The translations under genes were made by a program, and so were the position numbers. 64,000 nt of DNA from Camelus ferus (taxonomy: Eukaryota): contig NC_045696.1 of NCBI RefSeq assembly GCF_009834535.1, positions 75,952,001 through 76,016,000 on the forward strand, read 5' to 3'. The notes beneath the pieces were generated by a model, which was given only the letters and a program-made list of their open reading frames with translations, had not been told where the DNA came from and did not search any database. The number at the start of each line of letters is the position of its first letter. The first letter of the stretch is position 1. Below are positions 50,775-63,205 of the stretch, one piece after another.

Positions 50775-53700
50775 TTTTATTGAGATATAATTTACACAGG
50801 GTATAGTTTGATGTATTTGGAAAACTTTCCGTCACCCTGAAAGTTTCCTCCTGCCCCATGCCAGTCAGTCTTTACCCTCGCACTCTCCAGAAGCAATCAC
50901 TATTCTTATTTTTACCACTCCGTATTAGATTTACCTATTCCAGAACTTCATATAAATAGAAAAATATGATACGTACTCTTTTGTGTCAGGCTTTTTTCAC
51001 TCAACATTATGGCTTTGAGATTAATCCTTGGTTTTGCCTATATCAGTAGTTCTTTTTATTGTTAAGTAATATTCCATTATACAGATATACCACAATTGTT
51101 TATCCATTTTCCTATTTGTGGATATATGGGTTATATCTTACTGTGAGCTATTATGAATAAAGAGGTTATAAGTATCCTTGTAAAAGTCTTTGTGTATGTA
51201 TATGTTTCATTTCTCTTGGACAAATACCTAGGAGGCAAATTCTTGGGTTGCACTTTAAGTATATGTTTCAATTTATAAGCAATTGCCAGAGTTTTATATT
51301 TCTATCAGCAATATTTGAGAATTCTGTTTACTCCCTATACTTGTTAAAATTTAATTTATCAATCTTTTCATTTTAGTCTTCCCCCAAAAATGATGTTGAA
51401 CACTTGTTCACATGCCTGCAGACCATTTGAACATATTCCTTTTTGAAGTGTCCGCTCCTGTCTTTTACCTATTTTAATTGGCTTTTTTGTCTGTTAATTG
51501 AATTGTTGGAATTCTACATATATTCTTCATACACGTCTGTTATACGTAAGATTGCAAATATTTTCTCCCAGGCTCTGGGATTGTCTGTTCATTTTCAGAA
51601 ATGTGCCTTGATGAGAAGGGTTTTTAAAAAATGTGTGTCTACTCCAAGGTCATGGATATGTTTTCGCTTACATATTCTTCTAGAAATTTTTAATATTTTT
51701 TAGCTTTTTAGGTTTAAGTGTAAGATCTATCTCAAATTAACTTTTGTGTATGGTGTGAGGTGGAGCTGAGGCTTATTTTTCTTTTCTCATATGAGTTTTC
51801 AAAAGGTGTGATGGTTAAATTTATGCATCAACTTGACTGGTTACAGGGTGCCCAGATAGTTGATAAAGTATTATTTCTGGGTGTGTCTGTGAGAGTTCTT
51901 CCAGAATATGTTAGCATTTGAATTGGTAGACTGAGTAAAGAAAATCACATTCACCAATGTGGGTGGGCATCATCCAACCCATCGAGAACCTGAGTAGAAC
52001 AAAAAGAAGGAAGAGTGAATTTGTTCTCTCTTCTCAAGCTGGGTATTGGGTATCAGTGTTCCTGATACTCAGGTCTTTGGACTCAGGCAAAAACTTATAT
52101 CAACTGCCACTCAGGTTCTACAGATTCCTTGCCATGGGAATGTTACTAAATATAGACTCACTGTCTTTGATATATGTAGATCTATTCATATAGTTTCTCA
52201 TTTTTCTTATACCAGTATTGGTGATTTATATCTTTTGAGGAATTTGTTCATTTCATCTAAATTGTTAAATTTATTATAAAATATTATTTATAACATTTAA
52301 TTGTTATTATCTTAAGTCAATAGGATGAGAGACATGTCTATTTAATTATGGACATCTGCAATTTGTATTGTCTTTTTTTCCCCTAAAGCTGTCTTGCTAG
52401 TGGTTTATCACTTTTATTGATCTTTTCCAGGAAACCAATGTTTTGTTTCACTGATTTGCCCTATTGTTTATCTGTTTACTACTTCATTGATTCCTACCCT
52501 TATCTTTATTATTTCCTGCCTTGTACTTATTTTGTATTTAATTTGTTCTTCTTTCTCTAATCTCTTAAGGTAAAAGCTTAGAGCATTGATTGTAAATTAT
52601 TGCTGTTTTCTAATGTAAGCGTTTAAAGCTATAAATTTCCCACCAAATGCTATTTTTGTGGCATCCCACAAATTTTGATCTATTGTAGTTTTCTTTTAAT
52701 TTAGTTTAAAATATCAAAAACATTAACTTTGATCTCTTCTTTGATAAGTGAGTTATTTAGATGTGTTTTTAAATTTATAAATATGTGTATATGTTTGAGG
52801 TTTTTTGTTATTGATTTCTAATTCAATTCCACTGTGGTGAGAGAAGATACTTTTAAATTTATGGCTTACTTTATGACCTGGCATATGTTTTACCTTGGTG
52901 AATGTTCTATGTTTTTTAGAAAATAATGTGTATCCTGTAGGAATGTGATATAATTTCTTATAAATATTATTTGTTAATTCAGTTAATAATATTATTTAAC
53001 TCTTCTGTATCCTCACTGATTATTTTTGTATAGTTGTTCTAACAGTTACTGGGAAAGGACTATTAAAGTCTGGAAGTCATATTATGGATTTGTCTATTTC
53101 TTCAATTGTCTATTTTTGCCTTGTATATTTTGAAGTTTACCGCTTACATAATCATTTAAGATTTGTGTCTTATTATGTCTTTTTGGTGATTTGGTCTTTT
53201 AGATGTCCCTCTTTATTTCTGGTCATATTCTTTGGCCCTAAAATCTATTTTGTCTAATTTCATTAAAGTCATCTTTCTTGTGATTAGTATTTTCATTAGT
53301 TAACTAAGTCTTTATAGTGCCTGTAGTTGGGTCATACGTTTTTAACCAGTCTGACATCTTTGCCATTTAATTATAGAGTTTACTCCAGTTACATTTAATA
53401 TAAATATGAATATGGTTTTAAGCCTGTTTTCATACTATTTTTTCCTGTTTGTTCCACTTGTACTTAGTTTTTTGTTTGTTTTTCTTTTTTCTTTTTTTTT
53501 TTTTCTTTTTGGCCTTCTGTTGGATATATTGAATCTTTTGTAACTCCATTTATTCCCTCTAATTTATTTAAGATTTTAATAGTTTCTGTGTGGATTACAA
53601 CATGCATTCTCAACTTAAAATCTATCTTAAATTAATATAGTAGTATCTCTTCACAGATATTCTAAGAACCTCAGAACAGTATGCTCCCAATTACTCTCTT

Positions 53701-55500
53701 CAATCCTATGTAGTAACTACTCCCATATATTTTATTCCTACGTATGTTATAAAACCCACATTACCGTATATCTTGGTTTGCTTGATTTAGATAATAATTA
53801 TAATTTAAAGTAATTTAAAATGAAAATAATGGATATATATTTTCTAGATACTTATCATTTCAGGTACTCTGTTCCTTTGTATGATCTGAATTCTACTTGT
53901 TATCATTATTCTTCAGAGTGAATAACTTTCCTTAACATTTTTATAGTACAGACCTGCTTTTGATAAATTATGTTAGCATATGTTTACTAAGTGTCTTTAT
54001 TTCACCTTCAATTTCAAATACTATTTTACTGTACAAATAATTGTAGATTAATAGAGTTCTTTTCTTTCAATACTTTAGAAATGTCCCATTGCCTTCTGGC
54101 TTACTTTGTTTTTGATAAAAATCTTGTGTTCAATTTACCTTTGATCTCCAGAAGTTTCTCTCTCTTTTTTTTCCTGTATGCTCTTAAGATTTTTCTCCTC
54201 ATATTTAGTTTTCACAAATTTGACTATGAATTGCTTAGGTGTGATCTTTTTTGGGTTGATCCTTCTTGGAATTCATTGAGCTTCCTGGATCTCTGAGTTG
54301 ATATTTTTCATCAAATTTGGTAGACTTTTGTCATATGTAGTCAAATCTTTTTATTCTGCTCCAATTTGTTTCTTCTCTTTTTTTTTATAGCTCTAATTAC
54401 ATGTATGTTCAGACCCTTGATATTATCCCATGGGCCACTGAGGACCTGTTTATTTATGTTCAGTCTTTTATTCTCTCTGTGCTTCAGTTTAAATAGATTC
54501 TTTATACTATAAGTTTATTGATTTTCTTTTTTTCTCTTTCAATGTCCAACTACTGTTAAGCTCATTCAATTGTTATCTTTTTATAGATTTTATAGATTTT
54601 ATCTTATAGATTTTGCATGTTTCCATTCTAGAATTTTCATTTGGCCTTTTTTTAATGTATAGCTTTCATTTCTCTGCTTGGTTGCTATCTATTCACTTGT
54701 TCTATATCTTCCTTTAAATTCTTGAACAAATTTTAAAAGGCTATTTCAAATCTTTGCCAGCTAATGTGAATATCTGTAATATCTTTATATATATATTTCC
54801 ATTGACTGCTTTTCTCCTGGTTATGGGTCATATTTTTCTGTTTCTTCACATACTCAGCAATTTTGTTGAGATTCTGGATTTTTATTGTTTTCTTTCAAGA
54901 GTTTTCAATTTTGTGTTACTACCAAATTAATTTACTAGTGGATTATCTTGATCTTTTTGAGATTTATATTTAGATTTTATTAAGTTGGGTCTAGAGTAGT
55001 CCTTACTATTTCTAAGGTAAAGCTTTTTTGCAGTCTCAGGTAATTTCCCAAGTTTCAATCTGGCTAGTTGTATTCCAAGATCTCCTAGCACAGTGAAATC
55101 TTTAGAATCATACTATTCAGCTCACACATCCAGTAGCCATTATCTGCCAGATCTCATAGAGTCATGTCTTTTATGTACTTATCTCAGTATTTAGCCAAAG
55201 ACTCAAGAAAACTCCCAACACTGATTTCTGGAGCTCTTTCTCTGGAATGTTCCCTTTCTTCATTACTCTGCCTCAGCAGCCCCAAACTATATCTTATAAG
55301 ACCACTGTTCTTTCTTTGACCTCTAAAACCTGGGACTATAATTTTGAAAGTGATCCCATGGAAAAAGCCTGGGTGAATATGGAGCTCACCTCATGTGTAC
55401 CCCTTCTGTCAGTGATCACAGTCCTGTGTTACGTACTGTCCAGTGACTGAAAATGGTTGCTTCATATAGACTCTCCAGTTTTATAATCTTTGGAGGGTAA
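50775..55500 (-). mobile_element. old, heavily degraded L1M-type LINE-1 (3'UTR toward ORF1/5' region)
   Basis: tttttattgagatataatttacaca...aagcaatcactattct...taatattccatt...aaatacctaggag...gaatttgttcatttcatctaaattg...gcatcccacaaattttg...ttttcatcaaatttgg; T-rich antisense L1 throughout. Confidence 0.8.
51807..52110 (+). mobile_element. MLT2-like ERVL LTR, 5' half only, inside the old L1
   Basis: tgtgatggttaaatttatgcatcaacttgactgg...gggtgcccagata...ttatttctgggtgtgtctgtgag...caatgtgggtgggcatcatccaa. Confidence 0.85.
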
Positions 55501-55619
55501 GTACATCACAACCAGACTAGGGCGCTTAGATTTAAACTATATAATTATGACTAAAAAAGTGAATTAAGAACTTAAAGTAATAAGAGTCCTTTAATAAAGA
55601 TGGTTACTATTATTATGTT

Positions 55620-55770
55620 TAATAATGATAGAATCCTAAGAAGCATTATTATTCCAAAGACAAGGAAACTGAGGTCTAGAGAGGTTAAGTGAGGTTACTT
55701 AGAAAATGGCAAATCCCAGATTTGAACCAAGACAAGTTTTACTTCACAGTCTACATTTTTCCTACTTACT
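55620..55770 (-). mobile_element. MIR SINE
   Basis: acaaggaaactgaggtctagagaggttaagtga...gatttgaaccaag. Confidence 0.75.
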
Positions 55771-56190
55771 ACAATACTTAAAGTAATCAAAAACAGTAAT
55801 CTTAGTGAAATGGAGACTTGAATTGGGCTTTGAAGGACTGATGGGCTTTGGGTTGGTGAACAGGTTGGAGGGAACAGAATCACACCCTAGGTACAGGGAA
55901 CAGAATAGGGTGGGAAGTGGATGAGAGCAAGACTAGAAAAGTAAGGTCTGTATGGCATGTATCAGAGACAAAGTTGAACAGCTTGCGTGAGGTCAGTTTA
56001 TAGAAGATAATGTAATCCAAGCAAAAAGACAAAGAAAAATTAAAAAAAAAAAAAAAACAGAAAAGGGAGGAAACAGAAAAGAAACAGTACTACCTTATAG
56101 AGATTTTTTACATTCATTTATTATAATATTTTAGCCACAGATTTTTTTTTTCACATTTGCTGGTAACTATATATTTATATACACTCTTTT

Positions 56191-56549
56191 CTTTTAACCT
56201 CTGAATTTTAGTTTGCACCTTTTGACCACCTTCATCCAATTTCCCCTCCTCCCACCCCCTGCCACTGGCAACCACAAATCTGATCTCTTTTTCTATGAGT
56301 TTGTTTATTTTTGAAGTATAATTAACCTACAACACTAGGTTAGTTCCAGGTGCACAACATAGTGATTTGGTATTTCTATACATGCCAAAATGCTCACCAT
56401 AATAACTCTAGTTACCATCTGTCACCATCCAAAGATATTACATTATTATTCACTATATTCCCCACTGTGTGCATTTCATCCCCATGACGTGTTTATGTCA
56501 TAACTGGAAGTTTATAACTCTTAATTTCCCTCACCTATATTACTCATCC
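56191..56549 (-). mobile_element. 5'-truncated L1 3'UTR
   Basis: gtttgcaccttttgaccaccttcatccaatttcccc...ggcaaccacaaatctgatctc...gaagtataattaacctacaacac; probable TSD acactctttt (56181-56190 and 56550-56559). Confidence 0.85.
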
Positions 56550-57179
56550 ACACTCTTTTTTAACACACTCTCTTACATTATAGAATCCTCCCTTTCTATG
56601 ATTATAGCTTCCTGAACATTGAAGTCTCTCCCAGTCTTATTTACACAGATGATTAAAGAAGTTTAAAAGAGAACGCAAAGAGGGAAAAGGTGAATTTTAC
56701 CCCTTCGCTTTTCTCTAATCATGTCTGGGTGATTTTCATAGTAATGTAAAGAATTTCCCTAAGCCTCTTCAATATCAAACAGTCTACAGTTGCTGAAATT
56801 TCCTTTCTGAGATCACAAGAGGTATCTTGCCTCTCCTCGTTTAGCTAAAATTTTATCTACAAAGTCTTCCTTTCAGCTCATGACCTCCTCATCCACAAGG
56901 ATCACGATCTACTTAGAACTATTATTTGAGTAGTCTCTCTGCTAGAGGCAGGGTCATAGACCTGCCTTCTCAATCCTAACTTGTGAAGAGAATTCCCATT
57001 CTTCAGCTGTACAGATTTGTTTTCTTTGTATGGAAACTAAGTTTAAAGATAACTATGTGTTTGGTATTAAAGATCTGAAATCTCTTTAAAGATTTACAGG
57101 ATAGCTTTGATTTTGCTAAATGATGTTTACAGTTTGACGGCTCTAGTACCATTCTACTCAATGTCTAATTTTAATACTA

Positions 57180-57400
57180 CCAGTATCAGCTAACACAGAC
57201 TGAGCACTTTCTGTGTACCAGGAACTGGGGTGTCTATAAGAACTATCTCATTGGATCCTCAAAACAACCCTATGAGGTAGGTTCTATTATGGTCACCCTT
57301 ATTTCACAGATGAAGAAACTGAAGTTTGGAACACTTGAGTAACTTGTTCAAGAACACACAGAAATAAATTGCAGTATTATGAGTTGAAGTCAGAAGTTCA
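57180..57400 (-). mobile_element. MIR SINE
   Basis: tgagcactttctgtgtaccagg...atcctcaaaacaaccctatgaggtaggttctattat...tttcacagatgaagaaactgaag. Confidence 0.85.
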
Positions 57401-57588
57401 AACACTTGAAGAAGACAAAACCCAGTCCCCAAGCATACATAAAGAAGGCAAAAGTAATTTATGTGAGGACTTCACGTATAACAAAGATCTTTAGAATCAG
57501 ACATATATAAATTCAAATTATGGTTCTCCCATTTTCTAGCTGGGGGACATTGGAAAAATTACTTATTTTTTTGTCACCCTGTTTCTTT

Positions 57589-57825
57589 TTTGTTTAAACA
57601 TCTTTATTGTGGTATGTTTCTGAAACAGTAAACTACACATACTTCAGATATGTAATTTGATGAATTTTGATAGATGTATATACATCAATGAAACCACTAC
57701 CACAATCAAGATAGCTACCATTTCCATCACTCCCCAAAAGGTGCAATTTTTGAATTCCCAGTTTATGCCTTCTCACCCCCTTTAACTCCTGGTAACCATA
57801 AGTTTTCTCTATGTCTTTGAGTCTA
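57589..57825 (-). mobile_element. 5'-truncated L1M-type 3' fragment inserted into a MIR (about 57480-57965)
   Basis: Perfect 15-bp TSD tcaccctgtttcttt (57574-57588 and 57826-57840); tgaattttgatagatgtata...aaccactaccacaatcaagata...catttccatcactccccaaaag. Confidence 0.85.
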
Positions 57826-58009
57826 TCACCCTGTTTCTTTATCTTTATAATTCCTTGAGATAAATACCTCTTGGTGTTATAATCTTAGTGAGTTCATAAT
57901 TATTAAACAAGATACTATCTGTTAAACACCTGCAACATAAGGGAGAGAATAAGAATAGTAGCTACTGTTGATATTCTAAGGAGCTCCCTATCTTGAGTCA
58001 AATTTAAGT

Positions 58010-58215
58010 TTCAGATTTCCCTGAAATGCAGTTCCACCATTTCCTAGTTCTGTGCCCCTGAGTATGTTAAATTTTCTAGAGCTCAGTTTCCTCATCTAAA
58101 AAGGTGAGGATAATAATAATTACTCACTCATAAAATATAAAGAAGTAGGGGAACTATATAGCAGTTTCTGACACACCATAAGTGTTCAGTGTGTTATCTG
58201 TTATAATGATTATGA
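58010..58215 (+). mobile_element. MIR SINE
   Basis: cagttccaccatttcctagttctgtg...gctcagtttcctcatctaaaaaggtgaggataataata. Confidence 0.75.
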
Positions 58216-60044
58216 CGATGGCTAGACATAATGGTATAGGGAACTGATTAAAAATTCAATGTGTATGAGGACCAGTGTGCCTGAGAACTTAAAAATTCAT
58301 AATCTTTGAAGAGATTTGCTACTTGGGTTTGTCTTCTGGCCCTGCCCCCATCAGATTCCTGTCTCCATCCCATTGGAGAAGTCAGCCCCATGGAAGAACT
58401 GTGCCACACTGAGGGCCCTGTGAATCCCCACTGACAGAGAGCAGTCCATTTGGGAAGGAGCCATTTTTCTCCCTATACTTGGTCACTGAATAGCAAGGGC
58501 CTTGGGCATAGTGCTGGCTCAACACCTCAGAAATGGAACCTGGTAAACAGTGGGGGCACCTGCAGTACTCAAGAGGACAGCAGCAGACAAGGACAGTGAA
58601 AAAGCCCACAGTTCTCAGAGAATCTTCAATAGCAGAGTAGCAGCAGGATACAGGACATAGCAAGGGCAAGCTTGGAGGTGCGCACATCTAGGGAAGTAAG
58701 TGAGGAAGACTATTCAGAGAACTCTATTATACATGTGGAGGCAATGAGCCAGAGTAATTTGAATAATGACTAATAAGGTGACCTCATTTATATCCACAGG
58801 CTAGTGAGGTCTGCAGAAATTCGGGTTGCATTAAAATAAAAACATGTAATTATTATTATTGTTGTGGTGTAACTGCATTTGAAGCACAGATTTTGCTCAG
58901 AGCTGCCTGCTTGACACTTTGGATTGCACCAATTTTCTAGTGGCTCAGACCCAATTTTCTAGTGGTTTGAGTTTTGACTTTCTCTTGACATTGCTTAGTG
59001 GGTCAACATGAGTAAGCTTTTAAGAAATTGTGTATTTGTTCCTTAAGTACATTTCCCTTTTTAACATGCTGATGTGTTTTTCCATATGCCTAATTAAAGT
59101 TTACATAAGCCTTCATGTTTGTGCTTTCCCCTGCATTCTATGAGAATAGTTATTTTTTAAATTGACTTTAATACAGGAACAATTAGAAATAGGAGGCCCT
59201 GCATTAGCAAAGTTTTCATTATTAATTAAAACCTAAAAAATATTTCTCTTAAGAGTGTCCATTCAAGAGGCTACTATCTCAAATATATGTATGACAGGCT
59301 TACCCAGTCTCATTCATACTACAAATGCATCAGAAAGATTATGGGATAGAACAGACTTAAAACAATTTTTTTGTTCAGTTTTTAGGGTTTTTTTTTTTTA
59401 TGTTAAAGAGAGCTGCAAAGATGTAGTCATCTTGTTTAAAGTCTCATAAATAGAACTAGGGACAAGAGTTTAGTTTTCGTCAAAAGGTAAATTTATAAAT
59501 TCAGTACTGCTGACGTAAAATTTTTTGCTTTAATTTCTCTGTAAAACAAATCTCTTCCCCCAACAAAAGCTCTTTAGAAAGGTAAATAATCTGTGAACTG
59601 ATAGCGAGGTTGCTCAAGGAAATAAAGCATATGTTTTCAGTAGGGGATAACAAAATATGAATGTCTTTTCGAATTTGACCTAAAAATAAGGGATGTTTAT
59701 TTGGCAAACTGTCCAGAGAATTAAGCTGCTTCATATAGGAAAAGCCAGGTCTCTTTACTAGGAAGCTGATCTTCATCCAATCCTGCATTATAAGCATTAG
59801 TGAGAACATTATCAGTTGCCTGGCTGGTTAACAATGGACTTCCTTAAATACTTCTTATGTGACAACTAATCTTTTCAACACTTACGTATGGAAAGTATGC
59901 CAACAACAATATCCAACCGAAAGATAACTGCTGATGATTTCAAATGCACATTCTACATTAAGGAGCATAAACCCTTTGAAGAAAGATACATTTTTCAGTA
60001 TGTCAGTAAGTATTTCTAAGCAGAGTCAATACCGTTATTACTTA

Positions 60045-60280
60045 ATTACTTTCTATCAAACACTTAGACACTATGCTAAACACTTTCCATAGAAAATATT
60101 ACTTTTTCTAATCATAACTATGGATTATTACATGGTTATGGGGAAGTGCTATTATTATCCCTATTTTACAGAGATGAAACTGAAGATTGGAGAAGTAAAA
60201 AAGGTCACACAATCAAGTTATAGAGGCATAAATCTAACCCATAAAACTTAGGTCTTCCAAACTTGCTTTTATCCATCACA
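60045..60280 (-). mobile_element. MIR SINE
   Basis: gtgctattattatccctattttacagagatgaaactgaagattggagaagtaa...aaggtcacaca. Confidence 0.75.
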
Positions 60281-62496
60281 TTAAATGCAAGACATTGTGA
60301 TGAGAGCTAACAGAAAGATAGCAGATCTCTAAGCCTCAATTCCTGACTTAAGTTGTTTATAATCTCATGTTTAATGGAAGGAGACAACACTCCAGGGCAG
60401 AACCATCCCAGGTGCATTGAGTTCATCTCAAGGCTCCCTCTCTCCAGCGCTTCACCCATTCCAAGGCCAGGAGCTTGGGTACTTGGGGAAAGGAGACATG
60501 GAAGCATTCAACTGTCTTGCTTTCAAAATAGGCCAGGTTGAAAAATTAAATTAGCCTTGCATCATGATCATAATTTTATACATCTAGGGACTACCTGGTA
60601 CCAAATCTTGAGATTCAGGAAAACACAGTGGGGTTTTGGAGGAAGGAGGTAGTGACACCTATCATAAATAAGGTCAACTGGCAGCAGGGGATTAGCTTAT
60701 TGTGAGAAAGGTAGCAGAATGTGTCTTCTTTATGACTCCAAACTCCCACGGTTCTAGTCGTGTCCATGTGGCTGCAGGATCTAGTTAGAAGAAAGCTAAC
60801 AACTGACATATCTATTTTCCATATAACATTACTGAGACTTGGCATTGACAAAACCATTTTCATAAAGCAAAAAACCAACTTGTTTCACAGGTCTTCCTAT
60901 CTGCATGCTATTTTTTTCAAGGTGAGCAACAGATTAATTCTCTAGCTTCCGAAGAAAAATTTTCTCAGCTTATTTTGATTACTCTTGTGTAGAAGTGACC
61001 TGAATTAAAATTGCCTAGTCTATTGCTGATTTTTCCCTCTAAAATTACAGTTGTGCTATAATGTGCAAATTTTCATTGCTTTTCAACATGAAATTAAAAT
61101 TACATAGTTATAAAAAGAAGAACCTCAATTTACAATTTTTGAAAAGAAGTCTTGGACTTCAAAGTATAATTACCTAGAGCTCATTAAAATGCAGGATTAT
61201 TAACCCAAGAGCTGAAGTTTCTAGTAATAGTGGATCTTTTATAAGAGTAATTATAAGAGTCATAAATATTAAGCATGAAAGTAACACTCTACATTTAAAG
61301 GGAAAGTGTGTGCTCATATCTTTACCAAGCTTAATGTGAAAAAGAGGACAATAAAGGAGCCACCAGATTGTTAAAAGAGTAAAGTACAAGCCCTATGTTT
61401 GAACTCCTTGTTAATAGAAAGCATGATAATAAAGTGTCCTACAAAGTTCTATGTATGAAAAAATCACTGAATAATAATATTAATTAGCAAGAAAGGTATC
61501 TAGTAGCACTTTAAATTATCTTTTTCTTAAATTGCTCTGGAAAAAATAACAGGAAGAAATATTCAGTATGAGGAAGATTTTATAAGCATGTAAAGACAAG
61601 ACAACTAGAAAAAAAATGCTTAAACATTAACAGCAGCAACCTTTGAGTGGTAAATTTATGGGTGATTTTGCCAGCTTTTTCATAACTTTCAGTAATTTCT
61701 CATCTTTCTAGAACAAGCCTACACTTCTTGTCGCTCACCTACAACTTCAACAATTACAGTTTGCCTTTCCAATATTCCTAGTTCTGTCTCATAACAATTT
61801 ATTCTTGTTTTGTATTTTAAATAGTATCCTTTACATATCTCTGGTTATTCAATAAATTTATTGTATTTTGTGGCTGCCTATCTCTTTTAAATCATCCTCT
61901 GCATCTATTTGCCCAGCTTGTCTGCAGGGATGGGTTGCAGTTGCTGCAAACTTGTACAGCAGGGTTCTCTGTATATGTTAGTGAGGTCTCGGGAAAGGTG
62001 GATGTGCCACTGGGCTAAGTGTCTCTCTGGCTGGTTTTCCAGGAATGACGTTTTCTTTCACTTCCAGTTCAACACCAGTCTCCAGGAGCACTGCCTTGTC
62101 TTTATACCCAGAGTCCCATACTCCTTGCTCCTCGGACACTGTCCTAGGTAGACAGTGTCATTGCTGTCCCTCAATTGCCTCCTGCCTGTTGCTTCTGGAA
62201 ACTCTACAATGAAGCATCCTGTTCTATTTCCTCTTTGTTTAGTACTTGCCTCCATAGGCTATGATGTCTCCTTTCTCCTGGGATTGTTTTAAGTGTGTGC
62301 TATATATTTAATCACTAACACAAACAAACGAAAATATTTCCTAGTTTTCCTAAATATTTGGACTGAAGAGGTAGACCACAAATTGTATTTAGTCTGCTAT
62401 CTTGAAACAGTAAAAGTAAATAAAACCATTTTTAAACATTACTTTAAAACTACCATTTTAGTAAAGGTAGATTTTTTTCTAATTAAAGAAAAATTT

Positions 62497-63205
62497 AAAA
62501 GTACTGCAATAAACATTGGGGTGCTGATACCACTTTGAGATCCTGATTTCCATTCTTCTGGATAAATATCCAGGAGTGAGATTGCTGGATTATATGGTAT
62601 TTCTATTTTTAATTTTTTGAGGGACCTCCACACTATTTTCCATAGTAGCTTCACCATTTTATATTTCCACCAACCATGTACAAGTGTTCTAATTTCTCCA
62701 CATCCTCATCAATGCTTGTCTTTTGTTCTTTTGACAATAGCCATCCTAACAGGTGTGAGTAATATCTCATTGTGTTTGGATCTGCATTTCCCTGATAATT
62801 AGTGACATCGAACATCATATACCTGTAGTTCACCTGTTCATACACTTGTTGGCCACTTGTATGTCTTCTTTGGAGAAATGACTATACAAGTCTTTAGCCC
62901 TAAATGTTCATCAATAGATGAATGGTAAAAAAAAAAAAAAATAGATGAATGGTAAAAAAAATGTGATATTTTATATGTTCTATCTCTATGTATAATGTAG
63001 AACGGTGGTTATCAGGAGCTGGAGGGACAGGGAAATGGGAAATTGCTAATCAGTGGACATAAAGTTTCAACTATACAAGATGAGTAAGTTCTAGGGATCT
63101 GTGTACAACAGTATGCCTATAGCTAACACTACTACACTGTACATTTTAAAAATTGTTAAGAGGATAGATCTCATGTTAATTAAATTTTTTTTAAAGTGAA
63201 AAATA
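62497..63205 (+). mobile_element. 5'-inverted (twin-primed) L1: antisense ORF2 C-terminal segment 62497-62900, then sense ORF2 end and 3'UTR 62899-63205
   Basis: ORF track 62439..62657 (-): LWKIVWRSLKKLKIEIPYNPAISLLDIYP...TPMFIA; strand switches at ...tttagccc|taaatgttcatcaatagatgaatgg. Confidence 0.85.

Noticed and set aside
58340..58830. Possible ancient Gypsy-like LTR (similar impressions at about 1500-1800, 17000-17700, 41220-41480 and 45810-46130)
   Set aside because: Only a compositional impression; I could not establish termini or family, so these are not listed as features.
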